Origin: an uncultured Bosea sp.
GTDB taxonomy: Bacteria > Pseudomonadota > Alphaproteobacteria > Rhizobiales > Beijerinckiaceae
Assembly (NCBI GenBank): GCA_964508635.1
Contig: CAZDUL010000146.1
Location: forward strand, 1-60,378
Direction of reading: 5' to 3'
DNA: 60,378 nt
In this document: positions 40,207 through 51,352 of the stretch, piece after piece
Numbering within the stretch: the stretch's first letter is position 1
Layout: each line of letters starts with the position of its first letter
Translations under genes and position numbers: made by a program
The notes under the pieces: model-generated
What the model was told of the DNA's origin: nothing
Databases searched by the model: none
Seen by the model: the letters and a program-made list of their open reading frames with translations, nothing else

Positions 40207-41526
40207 ATGACCAGCCCTGCCCCGACCATCTCGTTCGTTTCGCTCGGTTGCCCGAAGGCGCTTGTCGATTCCGAGCGCATCATCACGGCACTCAGGGCCG
40301 AGGGCTATCGGTTTTCCAGGAGCCATGCCGGCGCCGATCTCGTCATCGTCAACACCTGCGGCTTCCTCGATTCCGCCAAGGCCGAATCCCTCGAGAACAT
40401 CGGCCAGGCGCTGGCGGAGAACGGCAAGGTCATTGTCACCGGCTGCATGGGCGCCGAGCCCGAGCAGATCCGCGAGCGATTCCCCAATGTGCTCGCGATC
40501 ACGGGGCCGCAGGCCTACGAAAGCGTGCTCGGCGCGGTGCACGAGGCACTGCCCCCGGCTCACGATCCCTTCGTCGATCTGGTGCCGCCCCAGGGCGTGA
40601 AGCTCACGCCGCGTCACTACGCCTATCTCAAGATTTCGGAAGGCTGCAACAATCGCTGCAGTTTCTGCATCATTCCGAAGCTGCGCGGCGATCTTGTCTC
40701 GCGTCCGGCCGCCGACGTGCTGCGCGAGGCGGAGAAACTGGTTGCCGCCGGCGTTAAGGAGCTGCTGGTCATCTCGCAGGACACCAGCGCCTATGGCGTG
40801 GATCTCAGATACGCCGCCAGCCTCTACAAGGACAGGGAGGTGCGGGCGAAGTTCGTCGACCTGTGCCGCGAGCTCGGTCAGCTCGGCGTCTGGGTCAGGC
40901 TGCACTACGTCTACCCCTATCCGCATGTCGACGAGGTCATCCCGCTCATGCGCGACAGGTTGGTGCTGCCCTATCTCGATATTCCCTTCCAGCACGCCTC
41001 GCCGACAGTTCTGAAGGCGATGAAGCGCCCCGCGCATCAGGAAAAGACGCTGGACCGCATCCGGCGCTGGCGCGAGATCTGCCCCGAACTCGCCATCCGC
41101 TCGACCTTCATCGTCGGTTTTCCCGGCGAAACCGACGACGATTTCGCGTTCCTGCTCGACTGGCTGAAGGAGGCCCGGCTCGAGCGCGTCGGCTGCTTCC
41201 AGTATGAGCCCGTCAAGGGCGCCGTCGCCAACGACCTCGGACTCGCCGTGGTTCCGGACGAGGTCAAGGCCCAACGTCACCGCCGCTTCATGGAAGCGCA
41301 GCAGGCGATCTCCGAGCGCATTCTGAAGGATCGTGTCGGCAAGCGCATCAAGGTGATCATCGACGAGGCCGGGCCAACCGTCGCGCGCGGCCGATCGGTC
41401 TGGGACGCACCCGAAATCGACGGCACTGTCCACGTGACCTCCCGCCGGCCGCTGCGCCCCGGCGACGTCGTCACCGTTAAGGTCGAGCGGGCGGAGGCCT
41501 ATGACCTGCATGCGCAGGCAGTCTGA
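40207..41526 (+). CDS. rimO: Ribosomal protein S12 methylthiotransferase
   Basis: [25 protein letters not shown] radical SAM motif, [11 protein letters not shown] domain. Confidence 0.96.
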   Translation: MTSPAPTISFVSLGCPKALVDSERIITALRAEGYRFSRSHAGADLVIVNTCGFLDSAKAESLENIGQALAENGKVIVTGCMGAEPEQIRERFPNVLAITGPQAYESVLGAVHEALPPAHDPFVDLVPPQGVKLTPRHYAYLKISEGCNNRCSFCIIPKLRGDLVSRPAADVLREAEKLVAAGVKELLVISQDTSAYGVDLRYAASLYKDREVRAKFVDLCRELGQLGVWVRLHYVYPYPHVDEVIPLMRDRLVLPYLDIPFQHASPTVLKAMKRPAHQEKTLDRIRRWREICPELAIRSTFIVGFPGETDDDFAFLLDWLKEARLERVGCFQYEPVKGAVANDLGLAVVPDEVKAQRHRRFMEAQQAISERILKDRVGKRIKVIIDEAGPTVARGRSVWDAPEIDGTVHVTSRRPLRPGDVVTVKVERAEAYDLHAQAV

Positions 41527-41550
41527 CGCTCGCGCCTGGTCTTGTCCCGT

Positions 41551-41571
41551 CGCCTGTCTGTCGAGCAGGCG
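41551..41571. terminator. Hairpin between convergent rimO and hfq
   Basis: CGCCTG-N9-CAGGCG. Confidence 0.4.
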
Positions 41572-41582
41572 GCCGAAGGCAG

Positions 41583-41825
41583 TCAGCCCTCCTCGCCGCC
41601 TTCGAACAGGGAGATCGGGTTTCCGGGCATGATGGTCGAGATGGCGTGCTTATAGACGAGCTGCGAGTGTCCATCCCGGCGCAGCAGCACGCAGAAATTG
41701 TCGAACCAGGTCACAACGCCCTGCAATTTCACGCCGTTGACGAGAAAGATCGTCACGGAAATCTTGTTCTTCCGAACATGGTTGAGAAACGTATCTTGCA
41801 GATTCTGGGTCCGCTCGGCCGCCAT
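41583..41825 (-). CDS. hfq: RNA chaperone Hfq
   Basis: [46 protein letters not shown]. Confidence 0.98.
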   Translation of the reverse strand: MAAERTQNLQDTFLNHVRKNKISVTIFLVNGVKLQGVVTWFDNFCVLLRRDGHSQLVYKHAISTIMPGNPISLFEGGEEG

Positions 41826-41988
41826 GTGAAAGGTCCAGTTGGGATCTTGTTGGATACGATGGCGGGCTGATCCGTTCGCCCCCATCTCTTTCGCTCGCCC
41901 TGTCCCCCGGTTGCGCGCGGCCCCGAATGTCGAAGAACGCGCCGGCTTTCGCAAGCGAAACTTCTGCGGCATGCGCGGTGCGGACGCG

Positions 41989-43359
41989 TCATTCGACGCC
42001 AAGCGACTTCAGCTTCCGGTGCAGCGCCGAGCGCTCCATGCCGATGAACTCCGCTGTCCGCGAGATATTGCCCGAGAACCGCGCGATCTGCGCAACGAGA
42101 TACTCCTTCTCGAAGATCTCGCGGGCTTCGCGCAGCGGCAGGCTCATCAGCTTCTCGCCCCCGACGCCGTTCGGCGTGGTCGGCACCAGCGCCGAGACCT
42201 CCGCCGGCAGCATGTCCGTGGTCACCTGCGCGTTCGGGTCTCCCTTGGTCAGGATCATCAGGCGCTCGACATTGTTGCGAAGCTCGCGCACGTTGCCTGG
42301 CCATTGGTGGCTCTGCAGCACGGCCATGGCGTCGGCTGCGATGGCGCGCTTGGGCAGGCCGGACGCCAACGCCAGCTGATCCATGAAGAAGTCGATCAGC
42401 TCCGGCACATCCTCCCGGCGCTCGGCGAGCGACGGGACGCGGACCGGCACGACGTTCAGCCGATGGAACAACTCCTCGCGGAAGCGGCCGGCCGCGATTT
42501 CGGCCATGAGGTCCTTCGAGGTGGACGAAACGATGCGCACATCAACATGAACACGCGTTGCGCCGCCGACGCGCGAGAAGTTCTGGTCCACCAGCACGCG
42601 AAGGATACGCCCTTGCGTTTCGCGCGGCATCTCCGCCACTTCGTCGAGATAGAGCGTGCCGCCATGCGCCTCCTCGAGCGCGCCGATGCGCCGCACGCGC
42701 CCATCGCCGGCCTCGACGCCGAACAGCTCCTCCTCCATCGTCTCCGGCATGATCGTCGCGGCGTTCAGCGCGACGAACGGCCCGTCGGACCGCGACGAAA
42801 GCGCATGCAGCGTGCGCGCCGCAAGCTCCTTTCCGGAGCCCGGTGCACCCGTGATCAGCACGCGCGCATTCGTCGGGGCCACGCGCTCCAGCGTGCTGCG
42901 CAACTGGTTGATCGCCGCGGAACGCCCGACGATGCGGCTGGCCTGCACCGAACGCGTGGTGAGTTCGCGCACCTGCCGCTTCAGCCGGGAGGATTCGAGC
43001 GCCCTGTCCGCCACCAGCACGAGCCGATCGGCCTTGAACGGCTTCTCGATGAAATCGTAGGCGCCGCGCTTGATCGCGGCGACGGCCGTCTCGATGTTGC
43101 CGTGGCCGGAAATCATCACCACAGGCAGTTCGGGGTCGCTCTCCTTCAGGATATCGAGCACCTGCAGGCCATCGAGGCGGCTGCCCTGCAGCCAGATGTC
43201 GAGGAACACGAGCGCCGGACGGCGCGCCTGGACGGCCGCCAGCGCCTCGTCGGCGGAGCCGGCCTTGCGGGTGGAGTAGCCCTCGTCCTCCAGGATTCCC
43301 GCCACCAGTTCGCGGATATCGCTCTCATCGTCCACGACGAGGATGTCTGCCTTGCTCAT
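41989..43359 (-). CDS. ntrX: Response regulator NtrX
   Basis: REC (LDIWLQGS), AAA+ lacking GAFTGA, Fis HTH ([11 protein letters not shown]); follows ntrY. Confidence 0.95.
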   Translation of the reverse strand: MSKADILVVDDESDIRELVAGILEDEGYSTRKAGSADEALAAVQARRPALVFLDIWLQGSRLDGLQVLDILKESDPELPVVMISGHGNIETAVAAIKRGAYDFIEKPFKADRLVLVADRALESSRLKRQVRELTTRSVQASRIVGRSAAINQLRSTLERVAPTNARVLITGAPGSGKELAARTLHALSSRSDGPFVALNAATIMPETMEEELFGVEAGDGRVRRIGALEEAHGGTLYLDEVAEMPRETQGRILRVLVDQNFSRVGGATRVHVDVRIVSSTSKDLMAEIAAGRFREELFHRLNVVPVRVPSLAERREDVPELIDFFMDQLALASGLPKRAIAADAMAVLQSHQWPGNVRELRNNVERLMILTKGDPNAQVTTDMLPAEVSALVPTTPNGVGGEKLMSLPLREAREIFEKEYLVAQIARFSGNISRTAEFIGMERSALHRKLKSLGVE

Positions 43360-45629
43360 CTGTCAGCCGCCATTCCAGAGTTTGCGCGCGCGTCCAGGGC
43401 CCCCGCCGTCGCCGGCTGTGCGTCGCCTGCCTCGCGCTTGAGATCGTCAGGGCTTTTTTCCGGCAGCACGAGGCGCACCATGGCGCCGCGCTGGCCATCG
43501 GGCCGATCGAGAAGCTCGATGCGGCCGCCGTGGTCGTCCATGATCTTGCCGACAATGGCGAGGCCGAGCCCGGTGCCGCCCTCGCGCGTGGTCATGTAGG
43601 GCTCCAGCAGCCGCTGCCGGTTCTCGACGGGAAACCCCTTGCCCGTGTCGAGGATGTCGAGCCGCCACAGCCCTTCCGCCCGGGACAGGATGACCTCGAC
43701 ACGCCGCTCACCGGTATCGACGGCCTGGATGGCCTCGGTCGCGTTCTTGATGACATTGGTCAACGCCTGCCCGATCAGGCGGCGGTCGAACACGGCGGGC
43801 GCCGGGTGATCCACCCCGACCGCCTCGATCGCAAGGTCGGGATTGCCGACCCGCATGAGGAAGACGATCTCGCGCACGATTGCCGCAAGATCGTCGGATG
43901 CCGGCTGCGGTTTCGGCATCCGCGCAAACGACGAGAACTCGTCCACCATGCGCCGGATATCCTCGACCTGCCGCACGATCGTGTCGGTGCACTGGTCCAG
44001 CACGGCCCTGTCCTCGACGATGACCTTGCCGAACTTGCGCCGGATGCGTTCGGCCGACAGCTGGATCGGCGTCAGCGGGTTCTTGATCTCATGGGCGATG
44101 CGGCGCGCCACATCGGCCCAGGCCGAGGTGCGCTGTGCGGCGACGAGATCGGTGATGTCGTCCAGCGTGATGACCACGCCTGCCCGTGCGGCCTCCCCTT
44201 CGCGCGACAGGCGGACATTCACCGTGCGCTCGCGGCCCATGCGGTGCATCACCACCTGGGTCGAGACATGCCGGGCGCGAGACTGACGCACCTCCTTCAG
44301 CGCATCGGCGAGCTCCGGCGCCAGCGCGGGCAGATATGCGCCCACCGCGCTGCGATCCGCGCCAAGAATGGCTTCGGCCGACCGGTTCATCAGCGTCACG
44401 CAGTCGTCCTGATCGACGCCGATCACGCCGGCCGACACGCCCGCCAGGACAGTCTCGGTGAAGCGCCGGCGTCGATCGAGCACCTCGCTGGCGGCGACGA
44501 GCCCGTCGCGCTGACGTCGCAGCTCGGCCGTCATCTTGTTGAACGTCTCGCTGAGATGGCCGAGGTCGCCCTCGGCGCGCCTGACCGGAACCTGCACGTA
44601 GAAGTTGCCGCTCGCGACCTGGTCCGTGGCATGGATCATGCGCCGGATCGGGGCGACCAGAGCATTGGCGAAGCTCAGTCCGAACCAGACCGCCGACAGC
44701 AGCACGGTCAGTGCGATCAGGGCATACATCGAGGCGAAGGCGATCTGCACGCCCTGTCGCCGCGCATCGATGGCGAGATAATCGGTTGCCGCCTCGCGCG
44801 CCTGTCCAGGGAACTCGACCGCGAGCGCATCGACCTGCCGCGCGATGAACAGGAAGCGGTCAGTTTCCTCCGGCAGCTTCATCAGTGTCGAGAACACCCG
44901 GCTGTTGCGCGCCGCGCTGCAGATCGGGTCGCCGGTGTTGCGCGCCTCCTCGAACACGTCGGCCTCCGGGGTGGGCGGATCGGCGATGACCGACAGCTGT
45001 GCGCGCAGGATCAGCGCACCGTTCGGCTCGATCACCTTGACGATCGGCAGGCCCAGCGCGGTGGCACGCGCGGTGATGAACTGCTCCACCAGCGGCGTGT
45101 TCTGCCCGATCATGTCGCGCACGCGCGACAGGTCATCCGCGATCAGCCGCGTCTCCCGTCCGAGGCTGGTGCATTGGCTGCGCGTGAACGCGTCCGCCAC
45201 CTCGACCGACTTGAAGATGGCGTTGCGCATCCGCTCGTTGAACCACGGTTCGAGCCCCTTCGCGAGCGTGATGCTGGCGATCACCGCAAGCAGCATGGCG
45301 GGCAGCGCGGCGACGAAGCGGAACAGCAGCACGATGCGCACGTGCAGGGCTGCGCCCGCGGCTCCCCGCCGCCGCGCCCGGAAGAGCCTCCAGGCCTGCC
45401 AGCCGACCAGCAGCAGCAGCGCCAGGATGATCAGCGCGTTGGTGACGAACAGGGCGACCACCACGCGGTGAACCGGCAGGATCGGTGTCGCGCCGGAGAT
45501 CACGAGGAATGTCGCCAGCGCCGCCGTCAGGGCCAGCACGACCAGAACGGCACCGACCCAGGTCGCGACACGACCGGGTTCCGCGTCAGGCCGGCGCCCT
45601 AAGCTCTGCTGTGTCTGCGATTGCGCCAT
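43356..45629 (-). CDS. ntrY: Sensor histidine kinase NtrY
   Basis: TM helices, [35 protein letters not shown]. Confidence 0.94.
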   Translation of the reverse strand: MAQSQTQQSLGRRPDAEPGRVATWVGAVLVVLALTAALATFLVISGATPILPVHRVVVALFVTNALIILALLLLVGWQAWRLFRARRRGAAGAALHVRIVLLFRFVAALPAMLLAVIASITLAKGLEPWFNERMRNAIFKSVEVADAFTRSQCTSLGRETRLIADDLSRVRDMIGQNTPLVEQFITARATALGLPIVKVIEPNGALILRAQLSVIADPPTPEADVFEEARNTGDPICSAARNSRVFSTLMKLPEETDRFLFIARQVDALAVEFPGQAREAATDYLAIDARRQGVQIAFASMYALIALTVLLSAVWFGLSFANALVAPIRRMIHATDQVASGNFYVQVPVRRAEGDLGHLSETFNKMTAELRRQRDGLVAASEVLDRRRRFTETVLAGVSAGVIGVDQDDCVTLMNRSAEAILGADRSAVGAYLPALAPELADALKEVRQSRARHVSTQVVMHRMGRERTVNVRLSREGEAARAGVVITLDDITDLVAAQRTSAWADVARRIAHEIKNPLTPIQLSAERIRRKFGKVIVEDRAVLDQCTDTIVRQVEDIRRMVDEFSSFARMPKPQPASDDLAAIVREIVFLMRVGNPDLAIEAVGVDHPAPAVFDRRLIGQALTNVIKNATEAIQAVDTGERRVEVILSRAEGLWRLDILDTGKGFPVENRQRLLEPYMTTREGGTGLGLAIVGKIMDDHGGRIELLDRPDGQRGAMVRLVLPEKSPDDLKREAGDAQPATAGALDARANSGMAADR

Positions 45630-45730
45630 CGACCTCGCCACGCTCGCTCGCAATCCGAGCGGGATGGTTGCTGGTGATGCAACAGCGCAACGGTGTTGTC
45701 AAAACACGACAGTGGGTGACCTTCGCCGAG

Positions 45731-47170
<1,440 letters not shown>

Positions 47171-47250
47171 GATTTCGTCCTGTCAGCGTGAACGTTCGAC
47201 GGGCTCCAGGCGATGGCGACCGAGCTGGCGGCCGCAGCTGCCACCACCTC

Positions 47251-48423
47251 TCAACCCGGTCCGGACGGGACCTGCGACCCCGCGCCCTGGACTACGCCAG
47301 CCGGAGAGCCGCCCCGCGCCCCGAACGTCCGATGGATGGGCATGAGAACTCTGAACACTGTTCGCTTCGGCACGGATTCGCATTCGATGATGCCGCCATG
47401 GTTGCCGATGATCTTGGCCACCAGTGCAAGACCAAGGCCACTGCCCTTCGCCTTTGTCGTGACGAACGGGTCGAACAGATGCGGCAACAGGTCTTCAGGG
47501 ACACCAGACCCGTTGTCGCGGACGCAGATTTCGAGCGGTAGCCCGACACGCTCCGATTGTCCGGGGCGCTGCATCCGAATACCCGGGCGATAGGCCGTGC
47601 TCAGCACGATCTCGCCATCGGGAGCATCGGGGCCGATGGCTTCGGCCGCGTTTTTCAGCAGGTTGAGGAAAACCTGCACCAGCTGGTCGCGCACCGCATC
47701 GGCCGGCGGAAGCGACGGATCGTAGATTTCGACAAAGCGGATCCCGCGCGCGAAGCCTGATTGCGCCAGGCGCTTCACATGGTCGAGCACGTCATGGATG
47801 TTGACCGAACTGCGGTCGCCCGGCCGGTCATCGCCGAACATCTCGACCCGTTCGACGAGCTTCACGATCCGGTCCGCCTCGTCGCAGATCAGGCGGGTCA
47901 GCATCCGGTCCTCATCGGGGACGGAGGTCTCGAGCAGCTGCGCCGCGCCGCGGATACCGGACAGCGGGTTCTTGATCTCGTGCGCCAGCATCGAGCCGAG
48001 CGCTGTCATGGACCGGGCTGCACCGCGATGCGTCAGCTGCCTGTCCATTTTTTCGGCAATTGTCCGTTCCTGCAGCATCAGCGTCACTGCGCCCGCATAC
48101 GGGCGCAACGGCGCAGCGAAGACATCGACCACCCGGTCCTTGCCGAGGCGGGGCGAACTGACATCGATGCGATACTCGCTGACGCTGGCGCCGCGACGCC
48201 TCACCTCGTCGATCAGCGTCAGGATCGGCGAACCGAACGGCAAGAGATCGACAATCCGCTGACGCCGCAGCAGCGACAGGCTCATCTGAAAGAAATCCTC
48301 CGCGGCGGCGTTGCCGTCGACAAAACCGTCATCCGGCCCGATCACCATGATCGGCATCGGCAGGACGCCGAAGACGAGGCCGGGCAGATCGGCCAGGCGA
48401 TCGGATGGACTTCTGGCAGGCAT
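47251..48423 (-). CDS. ntrB: Nitrogen regulation kinase NtrB
   Basis: [42 protein letters not shown]. Confidence 0.96.
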   Translation of the reverse strand: MPARSPSDRLADLPGLVFGVLPMPIMVIGPDDGFVDGNAAAEDFFQMSLSLLRRQRIVDLLPFGSPILTLIDEVRRRGASVSEYRIDVSSPRLGKDRVVDVFAAPLRPYAGAVTLMLQERTIAEKMDRQLTHRGAARSMTALGSMLAHEIKNPLSGIRGAAQLLETSVPDEDRMLTRLICDEADRIVKLVERVEMFGDDRPGDRSSVNIHDVLDHVKRLAQSGFARGIRFVEIYDPSLPPADAVRDQLVQVFLNLLKNAAEAIGPDAPDGEIVLSTAYRPGIRMQRPGQSERVGLPLEICVRDNGSGVPEDLLPHLFDPFVTTKAKGSGLGLALVAKIIGNHGGIIECESVPKRTVFRVLMPIHRTFGARGGSPAGVVQGAGSQVPSGPG

Positions 48424-48446
48424 GGGCCGGGCCTCCCTCGTTGCAG

Positions 48447-49418
48447 TCAGGCGGCGACGGCCGCGCGGGGCGGCGGACGGAACGCTGCTTCGAGCAGTTC
48501 GAGCACGGTGGCCGGCTGATCACCGGTCAGGATGGCCGCTCGCAGCGCGACCGCGCCGACCGCGCCGGCCTGCCCCGCATCGTCCAGAGCGGCAGCGAGG
48601 TGTTTTCGCGCATGGCGCAGGCCATTGAGCCTGCCCATCGACGCCATGAGGCTTTCGAGATGCTCGACCAGCGCGGCGTGACGCTCGGCCAGGGATGGCG
48701 GCGGCACAGCCGAGCCGGCTTCGAGCTCGCGCGCGATCAAGCCGGCAAGCCAGGGGCGGCCCAGAGCGGCGCGCCCGATCATCACCGCATCGGCGCCCGA
48801 TTGCCTCAGCGCCGCGCGCGCATCGGCCGTCGTCGCGATGTCGCCGTTGACCACGAGCGGCGTCTGCGGAATGGCGGCCCGCACCGCGGCGATGGCGCGC
48901 CAGTCGGCGCTGCCCTTGTAGAACTGCTGGCGCGTGCGCCCATGCACCGCGATCACCTGTGCCCCGGCGCAAACCGCGCGGCGGGCAAGCTCGGGGGCAT
49001 TGAGCGAGGCTTCGTCCCAGCCGAGCCGCATCTTCACCGTGACGGGAAGGGACGTCGCACCGACCACCCCCTCGACCAGGGTGATGGCGTGGTCGAGGTC
49101 CCGCATCAGCGCAGAGCCGGCCCAGCCGCCGGTGACGCGCTTGGCCGGGCAACCCATGTTGATGTCGATGACATCGGCGCCGGACGCTTCTGCCAACCGT
49201 GCGGCCTCGCCCATCCAGCGCGCATCGCAACCGGCCAATTGCACGATGTGTGGCGAGAGCCCTGCACCCTCCGCCCTCAGGCGCGTTTCCTCGTCGCCCC
49301 GCACGAAGGCATCCGACGCGACCATCTCCGAGACGACATAATCCGCGCCGAAGCGCATCGCCATGCGCCTGAAGCCCGCATCGGTGATGCCGGACATCGG
49401 CGCTAGCGCAACGCCCAG
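48447..49418 (-). CDS. dusB: tRNA-dihydrouridine synthase DusB (NifR3); start uncertain
   Basis: [35 protein letters not shown]. First in-frame ATG (49397) is the Met of LAPM; start tentatively placed at CTG 49418. Confidence 0.9.
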   Translation of the reverse strand: MGVALAPMSGITDAGFRRMAMRFGADYVVSEMVASDAFVRGDEETRLRAEGAGLSPHIVQLAGCDARWMGEAARLAEASGADVIDINMGCPAKRVTGGWAGSALMRDLDHAITLVEGVVGATSLPVTVKMRLGWDEASLNAPELARRAVCAGAQVIAVHGRTRQQFYKGSADWRAIAAVRAAIPQTPLVVNGDIATTADARAALRQSGADAVMIGRAALGRPWLAGLIARELEAGSAVPPPSLAERHAALVEHLESLMASMGRLNGLRHARKHLAAALDDAGQAGAVGAVALRAAILTGDQPATVLELLEAAFRPPPRAAVAA

Positions 49419-49620
49419 CTTGTCTGACGCTTCCCCGAACGCCGCAGGGCCCCGCCGCGCAGCAGAACGTCCCCGATCGTCGGCCTCGGGATAGACTGTT
49501 TTTTGATCGACTGTCCTTTTGCCTTTTTCTTAATCCGATTGAGCGGACAGGACAAGCGCGCAGGCGATACGCTGCACGCAATCGGCTGGACAAGTTGGCG
49601 CCCGCTCGCCAAGAAAGCGC

Positions 49621-50859
49621 ATGTCGCCGCACCCGGAAGTCGATCAGGCCGAAGTGCCCGAAGCCGTTCACGCGCTGATCGTGGCGGCCGGCAGGGGCCT
49701 GCGCGCTGGCGCAGGCGCGCCGAAGCAGTATCGCAGACTCGCAGGCGAGGCGGTGCTGACGCGCACGCTGCGCGCGATCCTCGCGCACGCCGCGATCGAC
49801 AGCGTGACGGTCGTCATTCATCGGGACGATGAGAACGCCTATGCCGAAGCGGTTCGCGCCCTTGACGACCCGCGCCTGAAACAGCCGGCTCTGGGCGGAG
49901 ACAGTCGCCGCGAGAGCGTGCGGCTTGGTCTCGAGGCGCTGGATGCAGCAGCCGACGATCTCGTGCTCATCCACGACGCGGCGCGGCCTTTGGTGTCGCA
50001 GGCGCTGCTGGCGCGCGTCATCAAAGGGGGGGCTGAGTCGGGCGCCTGCATCCCCGTCGTGCCGGTCAGCGACACGATCAAGCGCGTCGACGAGGATGAT
50101 CATGTGGTCGAGACCGTGCCGCGCTTGCCCTTGCGAGCCGTGCAGACGCCGCAGGCCTTCCGGTTCGGCCGCATCCTGGCGGCGCACAGGGCTGCCCATG
50201 CGCTGCAGCGCGACGACTTCACCGATGATGCATCCCTGCTGGAATGGCGCGGCGAGCCGGTGCTGGTCGTCTCCGGCGAGGCCGGCAACGTCAAGCTGAC
50301 GACACCGGAGGACTTCGCCATGACGGAACAGCGCCTCGCCGGGCTCGATGCGCGCTCGCTGGAGACGCGCACGGGCACAGGTTATGACGTCCATGCCTTC
50401 GGACCGGGCGATCATGTCTGGATCGGCGGCGTGCGCATCCCGCATGATTTTGGCGTGGTGGCCCATTCCGATGGCGACGTGGCGCTCCATGCGCTTTGCG
50501 ACGCCCTGTTCGGAGCCATGGCTGACGGCGACATCGGCGTGCATTTCCCTCCCGGCGATCCGCAGTGGCGCGGCGCCTCCTCCGACCGGTTCCTCGATTT
50601 CGCCTGCCAGCGGCTGGCCCGGCGCGGCGGGCGTATCGTCCACCTCGATGTCACGCTGGTGTGCGAGGCCCCGCGCGTCGGGCCCTATCGCGACATGATC
50701 CGCGACCGGATCGCCGCAATCACGGGCCTGGCGACCGACCGGGTCGGGCTGAAGGCCACGACATCCGAGCGACTGGGCTTCACCGGCCGCCGCGAAGGCC
50801 TGGCGGCGCTCGCGACTGCGACCATCCTCATCCCTGCGGACGGCGCGCATGTGGGATGA
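49621..50859 (+). CDS. ispDF: Bifunctional IspD/IspF
   Basis: AAGRGLR, PKQY, IHDAARP, QTPQAF, TDD; then GYDVH, HSDGDV, KATTSE. Confidence 0.96.
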   Translation: MSPHPEVDQAEVPEAVHALIVAAGRGLRAGAGAPKQYRRLAGEAVLTRTLRAILAHAAIDSVTVVIHRDDENAYAEAVRALDDPRLKQPALGGDSRRESVRLGLEALDAAADDLVLIHDAARPLVSQALLARVIKGGAESGACIPVVPVSDTIKRVDEDDHVVETVPRLPLRAVQTPQAFRFGRILAAHRAAHALQRDDFTDDASLLEWRGEPVLVVSGEAGNVKLTTPEDFAMTEQRLAGLDARSLETRTGTGYDVHAFGPGDHVWIGGVRIPHDFGVVAHSDGDVALHALCDALFGAMADGDIGVHFPPGDPQWRGASSDRFLDFACQRLARRGGRIVHLDVTLVCEAPRVGPYRDMIRDRIAAITGLATDRVGLKATTSERLGFTGRREGLAALATATILIPADGAHVG

Positions 50860-51346
50860 TGTCACCCTCGAAGCTGCCCGCGCCGTGATCGCCGCGGCCA
50901 CGGCCGCCCATGTCAAACTCGCCACGGTGGAAAGCTGCACCGGCGGACTGGTCGCGGCCGCGTTGACGGCGGTGCCGGGATCCTCGGCGGTCGTCGAGCG
51001 CGGCTTTGTCACCTACTCGAACGAGGCCAAGAGCGAGCTTGTGGGAGTCGATCCGGCACTCATCGCGGCGCATGGCGCGGTCAGCGCCGAGGTTGCCCGC
51101 GCGATGGCCGAGGGTGCGCTGGCGAGAGCCCCGGTCGACCTTGCCGTCTCGGTCACGGGCATTGCGGGGCCTGGCGGCGGCAGCGCCGCAAAGCCGGTCG
51201 GGCTCGTGCATTTCTGTGCCGCGAGGCGATCGGGGCAGCGCCGCCTCCTGGAACGGCGTTACCAGTCCACGCTGGATCGCCACGCCATCCGGCGGCTTGC
51301 GGTTTGCGATGCCCTGTCTCTGCTGGCAGACGCCTTGCGCGGCTGA
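50849..51346 (+). CDS. cinA: CinA/PncC family nicotinamide-nucleotide amidase
   Basis: ESCTGG, GSS, VTYSNEAK, GAVS, TGIAGPGG, KPVG. Confidence 0.9.
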   Translation: MWDDVTLEAARAVIAAATAAHVKLATVESCTGGLVAAALTAVPGSSAVVERGFVTYSNEAKSELVGVDPALIAAHGAVSAEVARAMAEGALARAPVDLAVSVTGIAGPGGGSAAKPVGLVHFCAARRSGQRRLLERRYQSTLDRHAIRRLAVCDALSLLADALRG

Positions 51347-51352
51347 GGCGCG

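Noticed and set aside
49492-49536. NtrC autorepression sites upstream of dusB
   Set aside because: T-rich cores sit at a plausible position, but the TGCAC/GTGCA arms are too degenerate to call.
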